A DNA stretch of 64,000 bases, taken from positions 124,001 to 188,000 of IMG/VR virus record IMGVR_UViG_3300043409_000928; one strand, 5' to 3'. The notes below the pieces were generated by a model that saw nothing but the letters and a program-made list of their open reading frames with translations, searched no databases and had not been told where the DNA came from. The stretch's first letter is position 1; each line of letters opens with the position of its first letter. The translations under genes were made by a program, and so were the position numbers. Below are positions 56,486-64,000 of this stretch, in pieces.

Positions 56486-56899
56486 TTATATCTTCCAATT
56501 CTGTTCTATGCGTTCTTTGTTGTTGGGTCTGTTACCAGTTAACCCCAACATACCTCTATATGTCTGCCAAGCTTCCTGTACCATTGGATCTTCATGTCCG
56601 CCGGTAGGAAACAAATCAGCCCATACAGCATTTTCTGGCATCATATTTCTATATGTGCCAAAGTTACGAGGTTGGTGTATCTTCCCTTCTCGGAACAGCA
56701 CACTGGCCACACCTTGACACGCTGTCTCGTCTAATCCTTCTAAGTATCCAGTGCGATACATATATTCATTCACAATTGGAACCAGTTGTTCCTGTGTTTC
56801 AAATCGTGTGCCAGATACAATAACTACAACATCGTTGATATCAACAACATCTGTAACAATGTCACGAATACAACGGCCTAGGCTAAATCCCACTTTCAT
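56486..56899 (-). CDS. Hypothetical protein
   Basis: Start reassigned to [10 protein letters not shown] after AGGAG. Confidence 0.55.
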   Translation of the reverse strand: MKVGFSLGRCIRDIVTDVVDINDVVVIVSGTRFETQEQLVPIVNEYMYRTGYLEGLDETACQGVASVLFREGKIHQPRNFGTYRNMMPENAVWADLFPTGGHEDPMVQEAWQTYRGMLGLTGNRPNNKERIEQNWKI

Positions 56900-57401
56900 A
56901 TGTGCTCCTTGTCCACCAAGACTCCCACGGGAAGTCGATCCATACATCTTTTTCAACTTTGTTAACACTCATACCACAATAGTCAGTATACTGGTCGCTA
57001 GCCTCATTGTCAACCAAAACGGCTAAACGAACTGATTTATGCCAATATTTATCAATAAAATCTGGCTCTACGCCAGCTACAGCACCGGCCCAATCTTCCA
57101 TGAGCCATGCTTGAGTTGCTCCTGAATCATTGATGTCATCAACTAATAAAATATTCTTACCAGCAAGCACTTCTTCTGGTGCCCATAACAACGACTCAGT
57201 ATCTTTGAAATCTCTAAGCGAGACTTTAACTGTGGCATGTGGAATCTCCAGGTACTGACTGAGCATGTTACTGAGAATTAATCCACCACGATCAATGCCA
57301 ATGATAAGATCTGGTCGCCAACCACTTACATTGATATCACGAATAATAGTATGGGCCAGATATTCTATATCGCCCCAGGACAATGAACATTTTTTTAACA
57401 T
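56883..57401 (-). CDS. Type I phosphoribosyltransferase (xanthine/guanine PRT-like)
   Basis: IIGIDRGGL; LLVDDINDSGAT; WIDFPWE. Confidence 0.88.
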   Translation of the reverse strand: MLKKCSLSWGDIEYLAHTIIRDINVSGWRPDLIIGIDRGGLILSNMLSQYLEIPHATVKVSLRDFKDTESLLWAPEEVLAGKNILLVDDINDSGATQAWLMEDWAGAVAGVEPDFIDKYWHKSVRLAVLVDNEASDQYTDYCGMSVNKVEKDVWIDFPWESWWTRSTYESGI

Positions 57402-57934
57402 TATTTTTCTTCCGACGAATCTGGGCCGCCTAATAGTTTTTCCATTGCTTTATACTCGTTGTACATTTCCTTGAGCATGGGATACTTTTCATGCATTTCA
57501 AAGTTTGGTGTAATGATTAGTAAACGCTTCTTTAATGTAGTCATCATATCAGCCAGCTCGTCAATATCAATTTCGCTCTTGGCTGTCTTGATAGTGTTCT
57601 TACCATACATGGTAGTGTCTGCAGAAAGAATTGAAGCACTGGTATTGTAACTGATGTTGCCAGTCAATGATGATCCTATAGGACCTATAGTATATGCCCC
57701 GCCCATAGTATTTCCAGCACTTCCACTGCCAGTAATTGTAAGGCCAGTACTGAGTCCGATATTAGTTAGGTCAATACTGTCCATGCCAATATCGCATAGG
57801 TCTCCGGTAAAAGTAATGGCAGAAACATCCTGTGCAATGACGCCAACAGTTGTATTGGTCTCGTCCCATTTAAACTCAACAGGATCTATAGTAGACAGCA
57901 CATCTTTCAATTTGTTTTTAGTATCATCGTTCAT
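57401..57934 (-). CDS. Hypothetical protein with low-complexity G/T/S middle
   Basis: 177-aa ORF. Confidence 0.5.
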   Translation of the reverse strand: MNDDTKNKLKDVLSTIDPVEFKWDETNTTVGVIAQDVSAITFTGDLCDIGMDSIDLTNIGLSTGLTITGSGSAGNTMGGAYTIGPIGSSLTGNISYNTSASILSADTTMYGKNTIKTAKSEIDIDELADMMTTLKKRLLIITPNFEMHEKYPMLKEMYNEYKAMEKLLGGPDSSEEK

Positions 57935-57937
57935 AGT

Positions 57938-58816
57938 TCACCGTGGAGCAAATTCTTGTTGCATTTTAATGTTATCAAAGAATTCTTTCTTTGTACCTGC
58001 ATCGTCCTTGAACGAACCTTTGAGTACAGTGGTCTGTGTTAAACTACTGTGTGCCATAATGCCACGATTCTCACAGCATCCATGCGTGGCCTGAATGTAC
58101 ACGCCTAAATTTTCTGCTCCGGTGGCTTTTTGTATTTCCCTAGCAATGTCATTACAAAGTTCCTCTTGTAAAGTACCACGCCTAGCACACCACTGAGCAA
58201 TGCGAGTATACTTAGATAAACCAATGAGCTTGTTGGCAGCGATGATTCCAATATAAGCCACGCCTGTAACAGGCTGGTGATGATGACTGCACATACTGCG
58301 AAGTTCACTACGTACAACCAACATGCCTTCATAACGGTCCTTTGTATCATTTGGAAATGCTGTTGCGTCTGGTGCAGTAACATATCGTCCTTCCATTACT
58401 TCGTTAAAATACATCTTAGCCAATCGCTTGGCTGTGCCTTTGCTATTAGGATCGTTCTCACGATCAATCAGCAGTCGATCCAACACTAGTTCAAATGCTT
58501 CTGCGGCTTCGTTGATCAGTTGTTCTTTATTTTCTTCGGTGACGTATTCGCTAATATTGTCGCCTGCCCAAAATCTCTTACCTTCACGTTTCATTTTGAA
58601 ACGTAGATGATCGCCTAGGTAGGCTTCTTTGTAATCTTTGTCGTCATCACCCTGCTGTTCTGCACCAGCAAGTGCGTTTCTTATTTCTTGATCTCTTTTC
58701 AAGAGTTCAGGTGGTGTTGGATTTCCCATATTATTCTCCGCAGGATGTAAAATTGGATCTGGTTTAAATGTTCTATCTACTTTGTCTGCGTGAATAGGAA
58801 CGAATTTGTTTTGCAA
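57938..58816 (-). CDS. folE: GTP cyclohydrolase I with N-terminal extension
   Basis: SMCSHH; IGLSK..RI; LQE.L; HGCCENRG. Confidence 0.93.
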   Translation of the reverse strand: MQNKFVPIHADKVDRTFKPDPILHPAENNMGNPTPPELLKRDQEIRNALAGAEQQGDDDKDYKEAYLGDHLRFKMKREGKRFWAGDNISEYVTEENKEQLINEAAEAFELVLDRLLIDRENDPNSKGTAKRLAKMYFNEVMEGRYVTAPDATAFPNDTKDRYEGMLVVRSELRSMCSHHHQPVTGVAYIGIIAANKLIGLSKYTRIAQWCARRGTLQEELCNDIAREIQKATGAENLGVYIQATHGCCENRGIMAHSSLTQTTVLKGSFKDDAGTKKEFFDNIKMQQEFAPR

Positions 58817-58857
58817 TGTTTTTTCTCCGAGTTACTGTCGTGGATGACACTTTGTTT

Positions 58858-58886
58858 ATTGTAACAGATAGTTAGTCATTAAGCAA
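58858..58886 (-). promoter_or_regulatory. sigma70 promoter for folE
   Basis: TTGCTT-17nt-TACAAT with TG extended -10. Confidence 0.55.
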
Positions 58887-59192
58887 TACCTCGCTTGGCC
58901 AACTTAGAAGATAAAGCATAAGGTCCTCTGATCTTTTAAAATGTACTATAATGGTAATGTTCATTTCTGCCAAGTATTGCTGTTGCCAACTATCTACCTT
59001 TCCCAACTTACGCCAATTAAAACTATAACCTTTGTAGTCAGTTGCTGACCAACGATTGTTACAATTATCAACTAGCCACCGCCTAATTTCTTTAAGTGTG
59101 TTTACAGCAACTACTGTTTTCGCCCCATATTGATTAGCCACCAATGTGTCGAGCATACAACTCACTTTTACGCAGATCGTCCCAGCCACCAA
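58872..59192 (-). CDS. Hypothetical protein
   Basis: Trp-rich ORF; start uncertain. Confidence 0.4.
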   Translation of the reverse strand: MVAGTICVKVSCMLDTLVANQYGAKTVVAVNTLKEIRRWLVDNCNNRWSATDYKGYSFNWRKLGKVDSWQQQYLAEMNITIIVHFKRSEDLMLYLLSWPSEVLLND

Positions 59193-59382
59193 TTAACGCA
59201 CCATCAATGATGATTTGCGGAACTGTTCTGGCAGTTGGTACTGCTTCTAATAAATTTTCACGAGTAAAGCCATTATGGCCTACTCGGTGCTCAGTAAAGG
59301 ACAAGCCTTTACTGTTCAACCAGGCCTTGGCCTGATCGCAATAGGGGCAATGGTCCTTGCTATAAACTACAATTGTTGTCAT
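59134..59382 (-). CDS. Glutaredoxin
   Basis: CPYC; TVPQI; IGG. Confidence 0.92.
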   Translation of the reverse strand: MTTIVVYSKDHCPYCDQAKAWLNSKGLSFTEHRVGHNGFTRENLLEAVPTARTVPQIIIDGALIGGWDDLRKSELYARHIGG

Positions 59383-59543
59383 ACTCCTGATCCGTCTTCA
59401 AATAAATTCTTTTCGTATTCGTCTAGTGCTGTTTGGTACTGCTCTTCTGTTAGGCCATGCCAGCCACAGCACTTGCCATCTGGACTACGACCGCAACCAC
59501 ATCTACCAAATTCTTCTGGATTCTCTCTTACTCTGATTTGCAT
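59379..59543 (-). CDS. CDGSH-like iron-sulfur protein
   Basis: CGCGRSPDGKCCGWH; start reassigned to MQIRV. Confidence 0.65.
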   Translation of the reverse strand: MQIRVRENPEEFGRCGCGRSPDGKCCGWHGLTEEQYQTALDEYEKNLFEDGSGV

Positions 59544-59544
59544 A

Positions 59545-59973
59545 TTATGCCTTAGATATATCGTAGGTCTGTGCAAAGATGTCTTTCTTCACTGCACCGT
59601 AATCGCCGGTACCGTGACGCACAATGTAATCATTGCCTGTGGTATAGTTTAAGTCGCCCCAACTGGTATGGATAACACCATCATGGTCAGCAAGTTTGGC
59701 CGTCTTAGGAATCTTCTTAGGAGTAGCAATGCCGTTACCTTGATCATCTTTGAGTGTGTTAAACTTCTCAGCAGTAATAGGATACTGCTCACCTTTGGGA
59801 CCAGTCATGATATAATGGCCTGCTTCATATTGAACAGGACCTTCAAGAGTCTGTACAGTTCCAGCTTGCTGTGCAACTTCATACTTTTCTTGTGCAGGCT
59901 TTTTGAATGTATCAAAGCCACCTTGCTTGAACCAAGTATCGTTGATGCCGTTTTCTAATTCATTGATTTTCAT
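59545..59973 (-). CDS. PGDYG-like protein with internal duplication
   Basis: TLEG.....G.YI..G..GE.YP, then TSWG......DYIV..G.GDYG. Confidence 0.55.
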   Translation of the reverse strand: MKINELENGINDTWFKQGGFDTFKKPAQEKYEVAQQAGTVQTLEGPVQYEAGHYIMTGPKGEQYPITAEKFNTLKDDQGNGIATPKKIPKTAKLADHDGVIHTSWGDLNYTTGNDYIVRHGTGDYGAVKKDIFAQTYDISKA

Positions 59974-60392
59974 TTTTTTTCCTTTTCTGCTTCATAAACT
60001 CTTTTACGAAGGCTACTGGATGAGAAACTATGGGCGCGACCGTTAAAGTATAAATCAATGTTTCGCTTGTGACAAATTTCGCGGCCGGTAAACTCTTTAC
60101 CCTCATATTCCACACCTAAAATGCGTACATTAAGTGGTAGTGTTAAAAGTAAATCTTCTAGATCTTTTTCTGTATTGTAGACCCAAATTTCATCAACATA
60201 CTTATTCCCACGCAGTTGCATTTGACGTTCAATGATTGTTTGTACAGGTTTATTTTTTGTTGTTCTGTCCAGAGTTGGATCATTTTGTAATCCAACAATT
60301 AGATAATCACATTGCGTCTTTGCTTCTTGTAACATGGCCACATGCCCTGCATGAAGTAAGTCAAAGGTCGAACAAGTAAAACCTATTTTCAT
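59970..60392 (-). CDS. Glycerol-3-phosphate cytidylyltransferase-like (TagD/RfaE-II)
   Basis: FDLLHAGH; YLIVGL; SSS.LR; start reassigned. Confidence 0.85.
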   Translation of the reverse strand: MKIGFTCSTFDLLHAGHVAMLQEAKTQCDYLIVGLQNDPTLDRTTKNKPVQTIIERQMQLRGNKYVDEIWVYNTEKDLEDLLLTLPLNVRILGVEYEGKEFTGREICHKRNIDLYFNGRAHSFSSSSLRKRVYEAEKEKK

Positions 60393-61384
60393 GCCCGATC
60401 CTGATACAATGACGAGTTGTACCAGTCCCATGCGGTCTTAACAATGTTATCAACTCCACTTGCTTCTGGTTTCCATTTTGTGGTTTTTGTAAAGCTATAT
60501 GCGCTTGCTACCAAGGTAGCAGGATCACCTTCTCTGCGTGGTCCAGTATGTATTAATGGAACTTCTCCTGTGATCTTTTCGACACTAGAAATAATTTCTC
60601 TAATACTAATTCCTTTACCAGTGCCAAGGTTAAACTCTTTACTGGTACCCTTATCTAAACCAGATCCATACAAGCTTCCTAGGTAATGTGCATTTGCAAT
60701 GTCTTCTACGTGTAGATAATCACGCACACATGTTCCATCATGTGTATCATAATCAATGCCATTTAAAGTGAATACGTCCTTGTTAATTATACTTTCAATA
60801 ACCCGAGCAATCAGGTGTGTGGCCTGTTTTAATTGTCCATGTCTTACTTGGCTATCGGCACCAGAAGCATTGAAGTATCTAAATGATATAGTGTTAATAT
60901 TATATGCTTTTGCACAATCACGCAACAGTTGTTCTACCATTAACTTGCTATGTCCGTACGGGCTAATTGGTAAAGTTGGACTATTTTCTTTTAGTAAACT
61001 TTCTGAGGGGTTACCGTATACTGCGGCACTACCAGAAAATATGAAAGTGCCTTCCCATTTAATGCCAGCAAGCTGTACCATAAACCTAGCAGTCTGTCCA
61101 ACATTATTCATATAATAGACAGCCGGATTTGTAACACTTGGACCTACTAAACTTGTGCCAGCACAATGTACAATTGTAGCTGGCTTTAGGTCTAAGATTT
61201 GGTGCAGGAACATTGCATTTGTAAAATCACCAGGGATATATGAATCACAAATATCTCTAATCCAAGAAGATGTATTACTACGATCGCACCCAAGGACTGA
61301 ATATCCCATGTCTTTAAATTTTAATACTGTTTGTCCACCAATGTATCCACCGGCTCCAGTAACAGCAACCCATTTTTCAGCCAT
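60389..61384 (-). CDS. galE: UDP-glucose 4-epimerase
   Basis: GAGGYIG; YG.SK; RYFNA.GA; GTCVRDYLHV.DIA.AH; FNLGTG.G; start reassigned. Confidence 0.88.
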   Translation of the reverse strand: MAEKWVAVTGAGGYIGGQTVLKFKDMGYSVLGCDRSNTSSWIRDICDSYIPGDFTNAMFLHQILDLKPATIVHCAGTSLVGPSVTNPAVYYMNNVGQTARFMVQLAGIKWEGTFIFSGSAAVYGNPSESLLKENSPTLPISPYGHSKLMVEQLLRDCAKAYNINTISFRYFNASGADSQVRHGQLKQATHLIARVIESIINKDVFTLNGIDYDTHDGTCVRDYLHVEDIANAHYLGSLYGSGLDKGTSKEFNLGTGKGISIREIISSVEKITGEVPLIHTGPRREGDPATLVASAYSFTKTTKWKPEASGVDNIVKTAWDWYNSSLYQDRA

Positions 61385-62595
61385 TAATACTTTGCTCCAG
61401 CAACATGATCTCGATAGCGGTTGCCTGAACGATTCCATTGTGCGGCCTTACATTCCATGCCGCCTTCAGCAACGGTGCCAGCAGTTTCCATAATGTCGCA
61501 GATGCGATCAATCGTTCCATTGTTCCAGTCACTGATCTTACCTTGACGAATATGAGCTCCGGACAATTGTATACGAAGCTTTTGCATTGCATCTTCTATG
61601 CTCCATGGCACATACATTCTTGTGTGATCATTTGCAAATGTCTCAGGAAAGCTACGATAAGCAGGATACAGCACATTACAACCCAATGCATCAGCTTCAC
61701 TTACAGTATTGCTAACCCAGTCTTGTAACGCACAGTTAAACAGCACACGGCTGTCATTTACAATGTTATAGTAGTCGTTCTTTTGCAAATCTTTATAAAT
61801 CTTTAACTTGCCGTCTGCTTCCATCTGCCAAGCACGTTCAATATATTTAGGATTGTTGCTACGCAACGGTCCACCACTTAGTACTGCAAACTCAACTGGA
61901 TAGTCTGCATGTTGCTTGTGCCAAGCCTCGATCAAGTCCATAAAGAAGTCTGGTTGCTTCTCTTGGTCAAACCTTGCGGCAAATACAACACGATTGGCTC
62001 GCTCCGGCCAAGATTTTAGTTTGTTATCAACGCGACCAAGTACTTCTTCTTTACCAAATGCCAATCCTGAAATATTATAGATAGGAGCACTCCAACCTGC
62101 AATACGCATGTGGGCTACCATCTCTTCATTTGTGGCCAGTACACCTGTAACAAATTGATTGACCATTTGTTCATACAATCCCATCCACTTACTCATGCCC
62201 CATACATGAACAAAGTCATCTGGGTCAATTGCTTGTGCAAGACAACGAACAAAAATTCTTGGACGTAAGTTATGTGGAACCTGATTGAGAATGTAAGGCA
62301 AACTTTCAATACCTGGTTGGAACATGTCTTCAAAGTAGATGACATCTTCATTTGTAACATCACCACTACGCATCATCTGCACCAGGTTCATCATTTGACT
62401 CATACCAAAGTAGCTTCGACCATGTGCGTCTAACACTTGGCCTACACTGATTGCTCGGGTATTGTCAATTGTGCTACCAGGCACAATAACATAATTAATG
62501 TTGCGGCGTTTGAATACTGCTTCATTCCAATCTTGGAGTTGAAGAGTATACCGACCTTCATAGGGTTCTAGACCCATGTAGTAAAGCTTACGCAT
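61384..62595 (-). CDS. GT-B fold glycosyltransferase
   Basis: VFAARFDQEKQP; EADALGCNVLYP. Confidence 0.7.
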   Translation of the reverse strand: MRKLYYMGLEPYEGRYTLQLQDWNEAVFKRRNINYVIVPGSTIDNTRAISVGQVLDAHGRSYFGMSQMMNLVQMMRSGDVTNEDVIYFEDMFQPGIESLPYILNQVPHNLRPRIFVRCLAQAIDPDDFVHVWGMSKWMGLYEQMVNQFVTGVLATNEEMVAHMRIAGWSAPIYNISGLAFGKEEVLGRVDNKLKSWPERANRVVFAARFDQEKQPDFFMDLIEAWHKQHADYPVEFAVLSGGPLRSNNPKYIERAWQMEADGKLKIYKDLQKNDYYNIVNDSRVLFNCALQDWVSNTVSEADALGCNVLYPAYRSFPETFANDHTRMYVPWSIEDAMQKLRIQLSGAHIRQGKISDWNNGTIDRICDIMETAGTVAEGGMECKAAQWNRSGNRYRDHVAGAKY

Positions 62596-63056
62596 TACTG
62601 CTCCTGGCGGTCTAAACGATTAGGCATACAACACATGCCATCTGCACTATGCATGGTCTCAGAACACCATGCGCTCTTGTAAAAGCCCACATGGATCTTG
62701 AGTGCCTTGCTAGCACGATCCTCTGCACTTTGGATATTGACCGTATATGTAAAGCTACGGTCACCACTTGCCTCGTGAATACGAGATTCTGGCATATTGA
62801 TGGTATAACCATAAATGTAGTTGCCACGCACCAAGTCCATTAGGTACTTGTTGTAAAAGTCCAAAGGCAAGTGCCCAAGGTCTTCTGTTAATACACCGTC
62901 ATATAACTCACTAATTTTTAGCAAGTCAAACTTGATGTGGTTAAGGTTAAGACCAGTCCGACGTGGCTGGAATTGTGGATTATAGTTTCCACGATCTTTA
63001 CGTTCAAAACGAACACGAGTATTAAGAGTACTGTTTAAGGCATCCATTTTCGCCAT
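62595..63056 (-). CDS. Hypothetical protein
   Basis: Likely start MAKMDAL; lies between queD-like and GT-B genes. Confidence 0.5.
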   Translation of the reverse strand: MAKMDALNSTLNTRVRFERKDRGNYNPQFQPRRTGLNLNHIKFDLLKISELYDGVLTEDLGHLPLDFYNKYLMDLVRGNYIYGYTINMPESRIHEASGDRSFTYTVNIQSAEDRASKALKIHVGFYKSAWCSETMHSADGMCCMPNRLDRQEQ

Positions 63057-63399
63057 CCTCTGAAATGTCAATCCAAACTTTACGATCTGTGTACTTTGAT
63101 GAAATTTGACCATATAGATCATCTGCCATCATTTCGCAGGACTTGTGATTCAATTCTAGTGTTCCTTGGGTATATAAATTTTCCAACCAACGCTTGAACT
63201 GAATAAACTCAACATCTCGATCGTCATGAAAGATTTCGAGATACACTTTAAAGTGGAACATGTGTCGATGAGGATGTCCTAAAAAAGAAACATCATACTC
63301 GTCACCTGTTGCCAACTTGGGATCCGTAAGTGCCGCCGGATACCTGTGGATTCCTTCCTTGCGAAAGGTAACCCAAATCATGTCTTGTGACATAACCAT
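63022..63399 (-). CDS. queD: QueD/6-pyruvoyl-tetrahydropterin synthase-like T-fold protein
   Basis: EGIH, GHPHRH.F, SCEMMA, V.ISEDG; folE and queE nearby. Confidence 0.6.
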   Translation of the reverse strand: MVMSQDMIWVTFRKEGIHRYPAALTDPKLATGDEYDVSFLGHPHRHMFHFKVYLEIFHDDRDVEFIQFKRWLENLYTQGTLELNHKSCEMMADDLYGQISSKYTDRKVWIDISEDGENGCLKQYS

Positions 63400-63402
63400 T
63401 CC

Positions 63403-63579
63403 TTATTTAATAATACCATCTTTTTTTGCGTAAGCCCACAACTTGTAATCAATGTCTTTTGACAATTTTACCAAATCTTCTAAATTTTTATTGATCTGTT
63501 TTAAAAGATGTATAACAACTTCTGATTCAGACTTTGCAGGCTCAACAGCAAGTAAATTTTTAGCAGTAGGCTTGTTCAT
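63403..63579 (-). CDS. 58-aa protein missed by ORF track; paralogue of the upstream gene
   Basis: MNKPTAK...LEDLVKLSKDIDYKLWAYAKKDGIIK. Confidence 0.65.
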   Translation of the reverse strand: MNKPTAKNLLAVEPAKSESEVVIHLLKQINKNLEDLVKLSKDIDYKLWAYAKKDGIIK

Positions 63580-63587
63580 ATACGCAA

Positions 63588-63800
63588 TTAATCAATGTAG
63601 TTGTTAGCTTTTAAATAAACCCAAATCTTCCAATCAATTGCCTGGAGATGCTTTACTACTGCATCTAACTTTGCATTTAATTCAGCATTGCTAGGAGAAG
63701 CAGAACTCTCCTGTGCGGCATCATCAGCTACAACTGATTTAGGAGTTGGACGCTTGTTTGGTTTGTTAAAATTACCAACTTTAACTTCTTCTTCGCTCAT
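63588..63800 (-). CDS. Small protein with C-terminal IDWKIW motif
   Basis: AGGAA RBS; LDAVVKHLQAIDWKIWVYLK. Confidence 0.6.
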   Translation of the reverse strand: MSEEEVKVGNFNKPNKRPTPKSVVADDAAQESSASPSNAELNAKLDAVVKHLQAIDWKIWVYLKANNYID

Positions 63801-63813
63801 TTTATTTCCTTAG

Positions 63814-64000
63814 TTAATTAACAGGGTTGTCGCCTTGGTAGGCACTCCAGGGTGTAAATACTTCTCGGTCCATAAGTTTATGTAACGAGTGGCACCACAC
63901 ACCAGGATTGGTTTGATTGAAGCCTTTGTCATCAATCTTAATCGTTGTATTATAGTTAAGCAGTTTAGTATAGGGTAGTTTGACCGAAACCATTGGAATT
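63814..64000 (-). CDS. C-terminal part of a hypothetical protein entering the window
   Basis: Manual translation IPMVSVKLPY...TNPGVWCHSLH...FTPWSAYQGDNPVN*. Confidence 0.6.
   Translation of the reverse strand, partial: IPMVSVKLPYTKLLNYNTTIKIDDKGFNQTNPGVWCHSLHKLMDREVFTPWSAYQGDNPVN

Noticed and set aside
58817-58857. preQ1 or folate riboswitch in the folE leader (small TGTC/GACA hairpin, A-rich tail)
   Set aside because: Only a 4-bp stem and no recognisable preQ1-I consensus; an Infernal/Rfam search would be needed.
486-62843. Many short antisense ORFs in the ORF track
   Set aside because: They lie wholly within longer motif-bearing genes on the opposite strand or frame and show no RBS or protein motifs.
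1-64000. Stop-codon reassignment as seen in some large phages
   Set aside because: Standard-code ORFs tile the window densely, including an 8.6-kb ORF, and TAA, TGA and TAG all end genes.
1-64000. tRNA or other structured RNA genes
   Set aside because: Intergenic gaps are mostly under 90 nt and are explained by promoters or terminators; no cloverleaf found by eye.

Overview
A gene-dense 64-kb segment of a large T4-like tailed phage genome (probably jumbo-sized), standard genetic code, with no host genes, tRNAs or CRISPR recognised. Calls rest on motif recognition only; no database search was run. Left end (minus strand): gp46/gp47 recombination nuclease, a restriction-enzyme-like nuclease, a MazG-like protein and the gp55 late sigma factor. 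3.6-27.4 kb (plus): late baseplate/tail operon (gp53, hub, gp5-like spike with lysozyme, gp25, gp6, a 2868-aa structural protein, a fibre, and a subtilisin protease fused to a virion-type domain carrying a (GGY)20 tract). 27.4-44.3 kb: dense cluster of tailoring enzymes (GT-A glycosyltransferases including three paralogues, methyltransferase, 2OG-Fe(II) hydroxylases, GNAT-like proteins, two PP-loop ligases, two membrane di-iron desaturase/hydroxylases, radical SAM) plus thyX; several sit behind late-promoter motifs. 44-64 kb (minus): MoxR/VWA pair, ArfA-like peptide, RNase H, MOSC, ferredoxin and redox genes, sugar-nucleotide genes and a 7-deazaguanine set (folE, queD-like, queE) beside a GT-B glycosyltransferase. 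Regulatory signals are clear: consensus sigma70 promoters, and a TAAATA-N5-ATG architecture that predicts leaderless late mRNAs. The best candidate for an undescribed system is the late tailoring cluster, possibly a virion decoration pathway with the GGY tract as substrate.
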